From Anaerolineales bacterium (GTDB lineage: Bacteria > Chloroflexota > Anaerolineae > 4572-78 > J111), in assembly GCA_015075405.1 (NCBI GenBank), contig JABTUK010000005.1, positions 773,747 to 813,746 on the forward strand: a DNA stretch of 40,000 bases, given 5' to 3'. The position numbers and the translations under genes were made by a program. How positions within the stretch are numbered: position 1 is the stretch's first letter; every line of letters begins with the position of its first letter. Below are positions 24,840-33,726 of the stretch, piece after piece. The notes beneath the pieces were generated by a model. That model was not told the origin of the DNA and ran no database searches. It saw nothing but the letters and a program-made list of their open reading frames with translations.

Positions 24840-25784
24840 TTATTGATTTTTGGCTGTCTGGGTGGTAATGACCTGCACCGCGCCGGCTTCCGTCAATGCC
24901 TGAGCGATGGCGGCAGCTTGATCCGGCCAGGCCAGGGCAATCATATTGCCGCCCCAGCCCGCCCCCGATAATTTTGCGCCCAAAGCCCCGGCCTCGCGGG
25001 CGGCTTCAATCAGACGGTCCAGAGCCGGGGAAGAAACCCCCAACGTTTCCAGTAATTCCTGATTTTCGTTCATCAGTTCGCCGATAGCCATCTGGCCCAG
25101 GTTGCCCTGCTCGATGGCTGCGCGGGCCTGGTTGACAATAGCCCCCACCTCGTCAAAATAGCCTTCATACCTTTCCGGCTCCGCCTGCCAGCGGCGGCGC
25201 AAATCGCCTACTACGGTATGCGTGGGCGCGACAACGCCGGTATCGCCCACTACCAGGGTCAACGGCTGGCTGACCCGCATGCGCTGAATAGGCCGGCCTT
25301 TGATAAAGTAGACCGGCTGCGCAAAGGCCACCACGGTGTTATCAATGCCCGAAGGCGTGCCGTGATAGAGCTTTTCAACCTCAAAAACCAGGGCCGATAT
25401 CTCGGTTGGAGCCAAAGGTTGGTTGAAAAATTGGGCTATAGCCCGTGTTATGGCCGTCGAAATGGCCGCGCCGCTGCCCAAACCCCGGCCCAACGGAATG
25501 GTCGAGCTGATATGGAGCGTCGCCTCAGGCAGGTCCGCCTGACCGAGCCGGCGCAGCGTGGCCTGCACAATCACGGCCAGGGGGTCGTCGGGGCCGGCCT
25601 GGGCTAAGCTGTAATCTCGCCCCAGGTCGGGGGCGATGATACGGAAGCCGGTTCCTGGGTCGGCGGGAGAAAGCGTGGCTTTTGCCTGCAAGTCGGCTAC
25701 AGGTACGGCAATGGCCGGCCGCCCGTAAACCACCGCGTGCTCGCCAAAGAGGATAATTTTGCCGGGAGCGGTCGCTTCGATCAT
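24840..25784 (-). CDS. mvk: Mevalonate kinase (GHMP kinase family)
   Basis: N-terminal APGKIILFGEHAVVYGRPAIAVPV. GHMP motif PLGRGLGSGAA. C-terminal KLSGAGWGG. Confidence 0.85.
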   Translation of the reverse strand: MIEATAPGKIILFGEHAVVYGRPAIAVPVADLQAKATLSPADPGTGFRIIAPDLGRDYSLAQAGPDDPLAVIVQATLRRLGQADLPEATLHISSTIPLGRGLGSGAAISTAITRAIAQFFNQPLAPTEISALVFEVEKLYHGTPSGIDNTVVAFAQPVYFIKGRPIQRMRVSQPLTLVVGDTGVVAPTHTVVGDLRRRWQAEPERYEGYFDEVGAIVNQARAAIEQGNLGQMAIGELMNENQELLETLGVSSPALDRLIEAAREAGALGAKLSGAGWGGNMIALAWPDQAAAIAQALTEAGAVQVITTQTAKNQ

Positions 25785-26818
25785 AGGGGGTCGGGGGCCA
25801 GGGGCCGCAGGTCGGGGTTATTGGGCGTCTGATTACTGATAACTGACATCTGATTACTGGCTTCTGTTTTCTGCAATTCAAGGTAAGTCAGGGTCCAGAC
25901 GGTGGATTGGTAGATGAGAAAGAACCCGGTCGCGGCGCTGTTAAGGATAATAATCGCCAGCAGGGCCAGCGGCACGCCGGCAATCAGCGCGCCCCAGCCG
26001 GATCGGGAAATCAAATAGACTAATCCGGCGGGAATACCGCCGAGCAGCGCCGCCACAATCAACGACACCGGCAGCACTACAATCAGCGCGACAATACCCC
26101 AGGCAAAGCCCACGCCCACCATCAACAGCCACATAATGGCAACATCCTTCAGACGACGTCTGATGAGGGCCACGGCTTCGCGCAGGCTGTCTACGACGCC
26201 GCGCTCGGCCAGGGCAATACGCCGCCAGGCCATTTCCTGAATCGGGGCAATAATAACGCTGATGATGAACAGCAGCACCCCGACCAGCAGACAGGAGAAA
26301 ATGGTCAGGACAACCCCCAGCACGGTCGAGGCGGTTTCATCGAGAATCAAGAGCAGTAAGGGTGACAGCGCCAGCAGAATCAGGCCAATGCTTAAAATGG
26401 TGAGGGGAAGCCCAATCAGCAATCCGAGCAGGAAAATTCGCCAGGCCCGGTTTGACCAGCCAAAACGCCAGCCATCGCGTCCGGTCACGGCGGCCGTCTC
26501 TTCGATTTGGCGGACCATTCCCATGAGCGCGGTGCGAGTCACATACTGTACCACGATGCCGACAATAGAGAGCAGCAAAATCAGGCACACAAACGCGACG
26601 ATAAGGGTGATGACGAGGTTAGGGTCAATTTCGGGCATGGAGGGTATATTTTCAAAATCGCCAAAATCTCCCTCTCTACCGCCGCCGCTGGGGAAATTGA
26701 AATTGCCGCCGCCGCTGCCCCCGCCCCCGCACAAAGCCAGCAAAAACCCAAAAATCCATAAGGGGCGATAGCGCCAGGTAATGGTAAAGGCTCGTTTTAG
26801 AATATTGGTATGGTTCAC
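25781..26818 (-). CDS. Hypothetical polytopic membrane protein (Gly-rich N-terminal loop)
   Basis: 345-aa ORF whose stop overlaps the mvk start (ATGA). The C-terminal tail ASNQMSVISNQ is encoded by a heptamer word array (ctgattactgataactgacatctgattactgg, about 25826-25860). Confidence 0.6.
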   Translation of the reverse strand: MNHTNILKRAFTITWRYRPLWIFGFLLALCGGGGSGGGNFNFPSGGGREGDFGDFENIPSMPEIDPNLVITLIVAFVCLILLLSIVGIVVQYVTRTALMGMVRQIEETAAVTGRDGWRFGWSNRAWRIFLLGLLIGLPLTILSIGLILLALSPLLLLILDETASTVLGVVLTIFSCLLVGVLLFIISVIIAPIQEMAWRRIALAERGVVDSLREAVALIRRRLKDVAIMWLLMVGVGFAWGIVALIVVLPVSLIVAALLGGIPAGLVYLISRSGWGALIAGVPLALLAIIILNSAATGFFLIYQSTVWTLTYLELQKTEASNQMSVISNQTPNNPDLRPLAPDPL

Positions 26819-26929
26819 GCCTTGCTCCTGAAATGGCGGCAGTGGGCAGGCTGTCCGCTGTTGAAAATGGCATGAGGATATAACGAGCGCAAGCGCCGTT
26901 TGCCGCCAGTTAATGGAGGCAGCGCCCCA

Positions 26930-27730
26930 TCATCGGCTGTCGGTACGGACGAAACCAGATTTTAGCCAGCGCTTGGCGGTTTCACCGACGAGGCGGGCCG
27001 GGGTATTGCTCCTGACCTTCAGATAGCGGTAGTAAAGCTGGCGGCCCCACCCCAGTACCTGGAATTGTAGCTGGCTTGACCATGAGAGTGACATATCACC
27101 CCAGTCGGGCGGAAACTGATACCCCCACTTGCGCATAAAGGGTCCAAAAACACGTTTGGCCTCAGCTCGAAGCGTGGGGGGATAGTAACTCAAAAAGTCG
27201 CCTTCCCTGTTTTTAGTCGGATTGACCAGGGGCAGCGGGCGTTTTTGTTCCAGGCCAAGCTGTTTAAGGACTTCGCTAAAGTCTGCCTGAAGGTTTTCAA
27301 AGCGAATGATGTAATCAAACCGCCGATGAGCCAGGCAGCTTAAATTATCGTATGGCAGCTTGTAGAAATGTCTAAAAAAGGTGGAAAAGTCGGGTTGAAC
27401 CCTGGCAAACCATTGGTAGAAATCGGCGGTGTAGTCGTCTATCCAGCCGCCTTGTTTTTTTCGCTTTTTGGGGTTGGTAAAGTTTTGATAAAGATTTGTT
27501 TTAAAGTGAGTATAAATACTTACCGCTTCGTCGAGGGGATTGCGGATGGAAGAAAAAACAAAATAGGTTTTTTCGTCGGGGCTGGCGGTGCGGAGAAATT
27601 CCAGGTAGTGGGCATGCTTGTGTAAAATAGCCTCCCCCTCGTAATTCTCAAGCAACTCGGCTCCAATGGCCGTTGAGCCGGCGTGGGGTAGTTGGATAAA
27701 GAGATAGCGATGGGTATGGCTGATAATCAT
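26930..27730 (-). CDS. Sulfotransferase-family protein
   Basis: N-terminus RYLFIQLPHAGSTAIG resembles the PAPS 5'-phosphosulfate-binding loop of Sulfotransfer_2-type enzymes. Size fits. Confidence 0.6.
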   Translation of the reverse strand: MIISHTHRYLFIQLPHAGSTAIGAELLENYEGEAILHKHAHYLEFLRTASPDEKTYFVFSSIRNPLDEAVSIYTHFKTNLYQNFTNPKKRKKQGGWIDDYTADFYQWFARVQPDFSTFFRHFYKLPYDNLSCLAHRRFDYIIRFENLQADFSEVLKQLGLEQKRPLPLVNPTKNREGDFLSYYPPTLRAEAKRVFGPFMRKWGYQFPPDWGDMSLSWSSQLQFQVLGWGRQLYYRYLKVRSNTPARLVGETAKRWLKSGFVRTDSR

Positions 27731-27847
27731 AGCTGGCCTTGCGTAGGCGGTAAACTCAGAAGTGTCCGAGCAATTTTCAAGAAGGCCATTTGTTAGCGGA
27801 AAGGGCAGGTATAATCTCTGGCTAAGTGAAACTAAGCCGCCTGTTAA

Positions 27848-28189
27848 TTAGGCGGCTTTTTCTTCACCCGCGCCAATCTCGTTGAGATAGCTCAACACTT
27901 CCTTGCGTGACTTTTCAAAGCGGCGCAGAAGCTGCTGGTCGGTATCACGCAGGGCATTGATAGTGCGCTGAGAGCAGGCTGAGCAGCCCAGGGCCGCTTT
28001 ATAGCTGCCCAGGTCACAATTGAGGCAATCGCACAGTTTAATCATCATATGCGAGAATGAGAGGGCCTCTTCGTGAGTTTCGGGCAGTACGGCAATGCGT
28101 TCCGTCAATTTACGCCAATCATCACCCTTGAGTTTTTTCAGACCACTAACGCGAGAATGGGGAAACAAAATTTCGCAACGAGAGTACAT
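27848..28189 (-). CDS. Hypothetical Cys-rich protein
   Basis: 113-aa ORF with LCDCLNCD...GCSACS, a possible Zn-binding motif. No family recognised. Confidence 0.45.
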   Translation of the reverse strand: MYSRCEILFPHSRVSGLKKLKGDDWRKLTERIAVLPETHEEALSFSHMMIKLCDCLNCDLGSYKAALGCSACSQRTINALRDTDQQLLRRFEKSRKEVLSYLNEIGAGEEKAA

Positions 28190-28255
28190 ATTCCTACAAT
28201 CCTTATTTCACATGTCTTCAAGACCGGGAGGGTCTTGGCGGTCATGACTAAAAAA

Positions 28256-28328
28256 TGAGCCGTGTGGGACTCGAACCCACGACCCATTGCTTAAAAGGCA
28301 ATTGCTCTTCCGACTGAGCTAACGGCTC
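28256..28328 (-). tRNA. tRNA-Lys (anticodon UUU)
   Basis: The reverse complement GAGCCGTTAGCTCAGTCGGAAGAGCAATTGCCTTTTAAGCAATGGGTCGTGGGTTCGAGTCCCACACGGCTCA folds as a cloverleaf: 7-bp acceptor stem, GCTC/GAGC D stem, ATTGC/GCAAT anticodon stem with loop CTTTTAA, and a GTGGG-TTCGAGT-CCCAC T arm. CCA is not encoded. Confidence 0.9.
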
Positions 28329-28410
28329 GGGATTGGGGCCACCGCTAAAATGCGGTGGCTTTTTATTTGCGTCAAGAAGGATAACAGAAAATCTTTCACC
28401 TGTCAAGAAC

Positions 28411-29358
28411 TTATTTATTCTTATTTAAATTACTTAAGGGGCTTGTTTCTTGATGTCGCTTACACCGGCCCTGATTGACTACTTTGGTGTATTTTGCGGT
28501 CGTCGTGATTGATGCGTGCCCCATCTGGTCGCGAATATCCAGAAGATCGGCCAGGTTTCTCAGGGAATAAATAGCATAGGCATGGCGAATCGCATAAGTC
28601 GTGAACTGATCAATGCCGGTTTTTTCTTGCCAGAAATGCAACCGCTGTCGGATGCCGGATGAAGTGAAGGGACGAAAACCCTTATGTTGATAATCGCTGA
28701 TCCAAAGATGGCGTAATTCATCGGATACACCCAGTTCCTGGCGCTTCTTCTTCCAAATAGTCAGGATGCGGGCGACATCATCAGTAAACACAAGCTCTCG
28801 ATCTTCGTAATCCTTGTTGCTGTGAACCCGAATCGTGCGATTTATTAGATCAACATCATCTACTTGCATCGCTGCTAGTTCACCAGGCCGAGCAGCCGTG
28901 TCCAAAGCGACAAAAAACAAAGCCAGATCACGTATGTCATGCCAACTATCTCCTCTTTGTTCAATTGTGAATAGCATGGAGGACATATCTTCTTCTGGCG
29001 GCGCTTTCGGCAGCGGTTTAGGAGCTGGAATTGTGTCCAAAAATTCAAGCGGGCTTTGGCTGATGTAGCCGAATTTTTTTAGCCAATTGAGCCAGGATCG
29101 CAGCGCGCGATAGTAATTATTGCACGAGTAATCTTTCAATCCTTTGACCTTGAAAGTTTCCAGGAAGGTGAGGCAGTGAGTTACGGTAGGCGGCCAGGTA
29201 GGTGGTTGTTGTTGAATGGCATCCCGATAATAACCAAGTACATTCCTGTACCAGGTAACCGTGGCCGGCTTCTTTGTTACCTGCTTGAATTTGAGAAATA
29301 GATCAATGTAATAATTGAGGTCCTGCTCGACAACAACAAAAACAAAATTCGGCGTCAT
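28411..29358 (-). CDS. Tyrosine recombinase / phage-type integrase
   Basis: 315 aa. SAM-like N-terminal domain. Catalytic-domain residues: TAARPGEL (Arg), IRHAYAI (His-x-x-Arg region), GHASITTTAKY (His, Tyr nucleophile). Confidence 0.9.
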   Translation of the reverse strand: MTPNFVFVVVEQDLNYYIDLFLKFKQVTKKPATVTWYRNVLGYYRDAIQQQPPTWPPTVTHCLTFLETFKVKGLKDYSCNNYYRALRSWLNWLKKFGYISQSPLEFLDTIPAPKPLPKAPPEEDMSSMLFTIEQRGDSWHDIRDLALFFVALDTAARPGELAAMQVDDVDLINRTIRVHSNKDYEDRELVFTDDVARILTIWKKKRQELGVSDELRHLWISDYQHKGFRPFTSSGIRQRLHFWQEKTGIDQFTTYAIRHAYAIYSLRNLADLLDIRDQMGHASITTTAKYTKVVNQGRCKRHQETSPLSNLNKNK

Positions 29359-29510
29359 AAGTCTCTCCTATAAATAATGTGATTTATTTGAAGATGGCTT
29401 ACGGCGTGCTGATGATCTCCATAACACTCAACCGGCAGCCTTTGCGGCTGTTAAGGTGCCAATTTTATTTTAGAGGAAAAACAATCATTTGTGACAAAAG
29501 GGAGCTAAAT

Positions 29511-29840
29511 ATGTCTGAACCAGGAACCACTTTGCTAATTTTTCTGACTTATATCATTACCGTAGCGGGGCTGGACTGGCTGGCTTACCGCAAATTTCAC
29601 AAGCCCTGGATACGCCGAGAGCGGGCGCGGACCACCGTGGGGGTATTGGTCGTCCTTCTCCCGGCCTTACCCCTGGTCTGGTTCGGGGTCGTTGATTTGT
29701 ATACCTGGATCATTATCCTAACCGGCTTTGGCACTGCCGGAGCCGTCACCGTGTTTTTAGACATCAATGCCGAAACAAGCGACTCGGAATCCATCCGCCA
29801 GGAGATTCGGGAGATAGTGAATGACCAGAGCGATCAGTAA
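29511..29840 (+). CDS. Small 3-TM membrane protein (Spd-like?)
   Basis: Start set at the ATG at 29511, after AAAGGGAG. Hydrophobic helices, then an acidic tail. Confidence 0.45.
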   Translation: MSEPGTTLLIFLTYIITVAGLDWLAYRKFHKPWIRRERARTTVGVLVVLLPALPLVWFGVVDLYTWIIILTGFGTAGAVTVFLDINAETSDSESIRQEIREIVNDQSDQ

Positions 29841-30054
29841 TGTGGATACTGATTTTTTGGAGGAATTGTCTGCGGTCGCCAGCACTCAGGAGGATTTGTG
29901 TCTGCTGCTGGCCGAGAAAGTGGACACGCCCGAAATGATGGAGTTAGTCCGGGAATTACTCATACGGGCCAATAAAATAAAACTCATGGTAAATGACCAG
30001 CGTAAATTTCTAAAGGGGAACCTGACACTCAAAACAGTTTCGCCTCAGGAATGA
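29821..30054 (+). CDS. Hypothetical small protein
   Basis: 77-aa ORF overlapping the previous gene by 20 nt. A GTG at 29842 is an alternative start. No motif recognised. Confidence 0.3.
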   Translation: MTRAISNVDTDFLEELSAVASTQEDLCLLLAEKVDTPEMMELVRELLIRANKIKLMVNDQRKFLKGNLTLKTVSPQE

Positions 30055-30055
30055 T

Positions 30056-30754
30056 ATGACGACAGCAAATCTTTGGTCTGAGGTGTTGAAAATGCTTCAA
30101 CATCAAATGACTAAAGCGACATTTCAAACGTGGCTTGAAAACACGACTGCCCAGGAAGAGGACGGGCGGCTGATCGTGTCAACAGCCAACAGCTTCGGCC
30201 AGGATTGGCTGGACAACCGATTACGCTCTACCGTCGAGCTGGCCGTGGAGACTGTTTTTGGGCGAAAGTTACCTGTTGAATTCCGTGTAGCCGAAAACAG
30301 CGGCTATCAGCCGGAACTGTTCTTCACCGGCACGTACCGGGATGCCTACAACGCTATTGTCCAGCCGGATAAGCAGCATTATTGCAGCCGCTACTTCCAT
30401 CAACAATGGCTGCCGCTGCTGGGGCCGGAACTGTGGCTGCTGATCTGGGAAATGCGGACAAGGTGCAGTTGGGACTGGAAAACGGGTGAGATTAGACGCG
30501 ACGTGGTTGAGGCAACGGCCCAAGAGTTGGGGGCAGCGATTGGCGTGAGTGAAAGCACCTTTTGGCGATTACTGAGACACGAACACGCCTCCAAATTTAT
30601 TACTCGCGTCGGAACCAAACGCCGTTACTCAAAAACCCAAAGCGGCACGGTCAATGAGAAGAATATCTGGCGGGTTCGACTGGATGATCCTCTGATTCCG
30701 GCCGATGAGGAGAGGCTAAAACAACAGATGTCTCCCTGTCAATTTGACAGGTAG
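30056..30754 (+). CDS. Replication-initiator-like protein with DnaA N-terminal-like domain plus HTH
   Basis: LWSEVLKMLQHQMTKATFQTWLENTTA...LIVSTANSFGQDWLDNRL...VEFRV matches the DnaA domain-I pattern. C-terminal HTH-like ATAQELGAAIGVSESTFWRLL. Its 3' end runs into the iteron array. Confidence 0.65.
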   Translation: MTTANLWSEVLKMLQHQMTKATFQTWLENTTAQEEDGRLIVSTANSFGQDWLDNRLRSTVELAVETVFGRKLPVEFRVAENSGYQPELFFTGTYRDAYNAIVQPDKQHYCSRYFHQQWLPLLGPELWLLIWEMRTRCSWDWKTGEIRRDVVEATAQELGAAIGVSESTFWRLLRHEHASKFITRVGTKRRYSKTQSGTVNEKNIWRVRLDDPLIPADEERLKQQMSPCQFDR

Positions 30755-30876
30755 AGCAGCGGAGTGTCTCCCTGTCATTTTGACAGGGAGAGGGGGGTCT
30801 CCCTGTCAATTTGACACTTGATTCTACCTGTCAAAATGACAGGGAGATCAGGGGGTCTACCTGTCATTTTGACAGG
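30735..30876. repeat. Five iterons with a 17-bp palindromic core CCTGTCA-WWW-TGACAGG, followed by an AT-rich stretch (candidate origin)
   Basis: Cores start at 30735, 30771, 30802, 30827 and 30860 (25-36 bp spacing). gattaattaattcttttaaatctctttaaatcctgaatatttat follows. Confidence 0.8.
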
Positions 30877-31067
30877 TGATTAATTAATTCTTTTAAATCT
30901 CTTTAAATCCTGAATATTTATCTCTAATTCCACGTGGAAAAATAATCGGCCCGGCTCGCGCCTCTGACCGCGCTCACCGGACCTGACCAAAAACAGATAC
31001 GTCGGAGGTATCTATTGATGGCTGCAAAAATAATAGCAAAAAAGGCCCTACCTGAAAAGGGGGGCCA

Positions 31068-31760
31068 ATGAAAACTAACCTGCCGGAAATCACCAAAGCC
31101 TACCTGGGCAGCGCCACCTTTTTCACTATTGCGGGGGAAGGGGCGATGCTGGCCGCCGTCCACTACGGCATCTTGCCGGAACCGGATTATCTACTGCCCA
31201 TCCTGGCCGGGTTTGGCATCCCGGCCATCCCTTTTGGCTTTTATCTGGGGGCGCGGGTCGTCTACCTGGCTCGTCCTCCCGCCCGCGCTCGCCCAGCCTA
31301 CCCCAGCGGCGGGTCATCCCTGTTCGAGAACCTGGCTGTCTGGATCATGCCCCAGCCCAAAGCCCCGCCGGGCGGCTGGATCTTTGGCGGCAAGCCGGCC
31401 AGGGTCATCAAATACAAGCCCGAGGCCAAAATCGAGTTTGTCTTTTGGGAAGAAGGCATGGTCTCGATGATCACCGAGGGCCGGCTGCTGGAATTTTGTC
31501 GGGTGACCTGGCGGCGGCAGCAGCAGGTCCGCTACGGTGACTTGAGTGCTAATCAGATTTTTAGCCGGCTGTATTTCACCCGCGACGCCCGCCCGCGCTG
31601 GCCCTTGCCCGATTACACTTCGGTGATGCACATTCTGTTGAGCCGCCGCTTGATCATCAACCGCTGGCAGGGCAAGGGCGGCGAGATGCGCTACCCACCT
31701 TACTCCACCGTCGAGGAAGCCAAAAAGCGTTGGGGCAACTTGCAGGAAATTTCCAGCTAG
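31068..31760 (+). CDS. Hypothetical protein with N-terminal TM helices
   Basis: 230-aa ORF with a G-rich RBS. No family recognised. Confidence 0.5.
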   Translation: MKTNLPEITKAYLGSATFFTIAGEGAMLAAVHYGILPEPDYLLPILAGFGIPAIPFGFYLGARVVYLARPPARARPAYPSGGSSLFENLAVWIMPQPKAPPGGWIFGGKPARVIKYKPEAKIEFVFWEEGMVSMITEGRLLEFCRVTWRRQQQVRYGDLSANQIFSRLYFTRDARPRWPLPDYTSVMHILLSRRLIINRWQGKGGEMRYPPYSTVEEAKKRWGNLQEISS

Positions 31761-31830
31761 TACAAGTTCGTACAAGTTTAACAAGTTCGATCAAGTTCGA
31801 GCAGGTTTATACAAGTTCAAACAAGTTGAG
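31761..31830. repeat. Seven tandem ~10-bp units containing ACAAGTT (helically phased array)
   Basis: tacaagttcg tacaagttta acaagttcga tcaagttcga gcaggtttat acaagttcaa acaagttgag. Ends 6 nt before the ATG at 31837. Confidence 0.8.
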
Positions 31831-31836
31831 GACGCT

Positions 31837-32730
31837 ATGAACAATTATCCCCATCCCCGGCCGACCGAGCCGGTGCAGCTTTATCTCCTGGCCGGCCTGG
31901 CCGGTTTCGGGCTGCTGGCCTTATGGCTGGCGGCTTTTCACGCCTTTCTCAATGTCGCCAGCGGCCCGCAGGCATTTTTCGCGGCGACACTCATCGAAGC
32001 CGGGCTGATCATCGAGGCCCTGGCTTTAATCAAGCGGCCCCATGTCTGGTACACCTGGGTAGCCATGGCCATCAGCCTGATGGTTTCCGGCACGTACAAC
32101 TACATCCAAGCTGCCGCCGTTGCCGGCGAGAGCCTCAATACCTGGATGCTCTTAACCCTGGCGCTGGGTCCGCTGGCGGCGCTGGCTTTCGTCTCGCTGA
32201 CCTTGGGCCACGAACTGCGCGAGTACCAGAACCGGGTAGAAAGCTGGCAGGCTGATAAAGCGGCCTGGCTCGAACAGCGCCGGCTTGAAGCCGAGGCTTA
32301 CGAACGACAGCAGGAGGCCGAGCGGCAGGCCCGGCTGGAAAGGTTGCAACAAGCCGAATACGAGCGGCAGGAACGGGAGGCTCAGCGCCGCTATGAAGCA
32401 GAACGAGTTGAGCGCGAATGGCAGCATAAACAGCAAGAACGCGCTGAACGACGCACCGAACGTTTAGTCAAACTCAAAGACCAACCTGAATATCCACCTG
32501 AACCCCTTGCTCCGGTCACACCTCTCCTTGAACGTTCGTCTGAACTGGACGCTTTCCTGGCGATCATTCGTGAACGGGCGGGCGAACAGCCGTACAGTCC
32601 GGAGGATGTTCAGAAATGGACCGGCCAGCGGCGAACGAAGGCATTTGAAATTCTCAAGTACGGCCGGCAGTTCGGGGACGTTCAGCAAGTCCGCAAGGGT
32701 CAGTACGTGAACAATGGCAGGCACGAATGA
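31837..32730 (+). CDS. Membrane protein with charged coiled-coil and C-terminal wHTH-like region (DUF2637/Spd-like?)
   Basis: Four N-terminal TM helices. ERQQEAERQARLERLQQAEYERQEREAQRRYEAER coiled coil. C-terminal QKWTGQRRTKAFEILKYGRQFG. Confidence 0.55.
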   Translation: MNNYPHPRPTEPVQLYLLAGLAGFGLLALWLAAFHAFLNVASGPQAFFAATLIEAGLIIEALALIKRPHVWYTWVAMAISLMVSGTYNYIQAAAVAGESLNTWMLLTLALGPLAALAFVSLTLGHELREYQNRVESWQADKAAWLEQRRLEAEAYERQQEAERQARLERLQQAEYERQEREAQRRYEAERVEREWQHKQQERAERRTERLVKLKDQPEYPPEPLAPVTPLLERSSELDAFLAIIRERAGEQPYSPEDVQKWTGQRRTKAFEILKYGRQFGDVQQVRKGQYVNNGRHE

Positions 32731-32852
32731 ACGAGCCAGTGCCCATTCATAGCCGGGGAGAAAGCCACCCCTTCCCCAATTGGGGAAAAGGAAGGGAGCA
32801 CGGCCAGCTTTATATCATCTACGACTAATCCCCTCCGGAGATACGGAAGCCT

Positions 32853-33272
32853 ATGCTGCTGCACCGGATCAACCCCGAAAGAAATGAGGCCAGGTTTTAC
32901 CTGGTTATCGTTGCACCCACCCTCCTTGATCCCATCGCCGTGTGGCGGGTGTGGGGCCGAATTGGCGGGGCGCAGCGCAGCAAAATTGACCCGTGCGGAT
33001 CAGCGGCCGAGGCCGAGAAGTTGGCCGAAGCCATGATCCGGCGTAAAATTAAACGCGGCTACAGAGTCGCAGGAGAACCCGATGAGCAGGAAAAAGAAAA
33101 AGCCAACCCGCAAGGCTCGCCGCCAGAACCGACAGCAGCCGACGATTCAACATCCCGACCGGCAGGAGGGGACCTGTCCGGAGTGCGAAAGCGCCGTGAC
33201 CGTGCGCGAAATCAAAAATTTTCCCAGCCCGGTCCGGCGGGCGACGGTCCATTACAAATTGAGCTTCTGTAA
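32853..33272 (+). CDS. WGR-domain protein
   Basis: RINPERNEARFYLVIVAPTLLDPIAVWRVWGRIGG...KIKRGYRV fits the WGR domain. The low-complexity tail overlaps the next ORF. Confidence 0.65.
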   Translation: MLLHRINPERNEARFYLVIVAPTLLDPIAVWRVWGRIGGAQRSKIDPCGSAAEAEKLAEAMIRRKIKRGYRVAGEPDEQEKEKANPQGSPPEPTAADDSTSRPAGGDLSGVRKRRDRARNQKFSQPGPAGDGPLQIELL

Positions 33273-33726
33273 TTTCTGCGCCTGGAACAACGTCGAGCTA
33301 CAGGCGTTGGTCCCGATGAACCTGAAGCCGCTGAGCGACCAGGAGCTGGAGCAGATTCATAACGCGGTTATGGACCGGCTGCAACAGGAGGTAAGGGCCT
33401 ATGCCGAATTTCAAAAGAAGCTGTCTACTCTGCCTTTTGGGATGGCTACCTCGGCTATCGGCGCAGCGCTGGGCTTCGATGAGGCCGAGCTGTCCGTGGC
33501 CCGACAGATCGCCGAGAGAGGCATTTCGCTTGAAGTCGCTTACGGCGAGCTGTGCCAGGCGCTGGCGGCCGAGGTCCGCGCCGAGGCTGTCTTTAAGGCG
33601 CTGGCAGAGGAGCCGGCGGGACACGTGGCCCTCGTAGCTTCGGTAGAATACTGGAAAGACAAGGGGCTGCCGCCACCCTGGCTAGAACTGGTTGAACCTT
33701 ATTTACGCCAAGCGGAGGACCCATGA
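33082..33726 (+). CDS. Hypothetical protein with basic N-terminus and CxxC...CxxC zinc-ribbon
   Basis: AGGAGA lies 6 nt upstream of the ATG. CPECES...FCNFC. The stop overlaps the next start (ATGA). Confidence 0.5.
   Translation: MSRKKKKPTRKARRQNRQQPTIQHPDRQEGTCPECESAVTVREIKNFPSPVRRATVHYKLSFCNFCAWNNVELQALVPMNLKPLSDQELEQIHNAVMDRLQQEVRAYAEFQKKLSTLPFGMATSAIGAALGFDEAELSVARQIAERGISLEVAYGELCQALAAEVRAEAVFKALAEEPAGHVALVASVEYWKDKGLPPPWLELVEPYLRQAEDP

Noticed and set aside
28256-28410. attL/attR pair formed by duplication of part of tRNA-Lys.
   Set aside because: I could not find a second copy of any tRNA-Lys segment elsewhere in the window. The integrase also lies on the 5' side of the tRNA. Boundaries are therefore left unresolved rather than called.
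30735-30876. Repeat array considered as a possible CRISPR array.
   Set aside because: The repeats are only 17-bp palindromic cores with short, irregular 8-19-bp gaps. The first lies inside a CDS, no cas genes are present, and the context (Rep gene plus AT-rich stretch) fits iterons.
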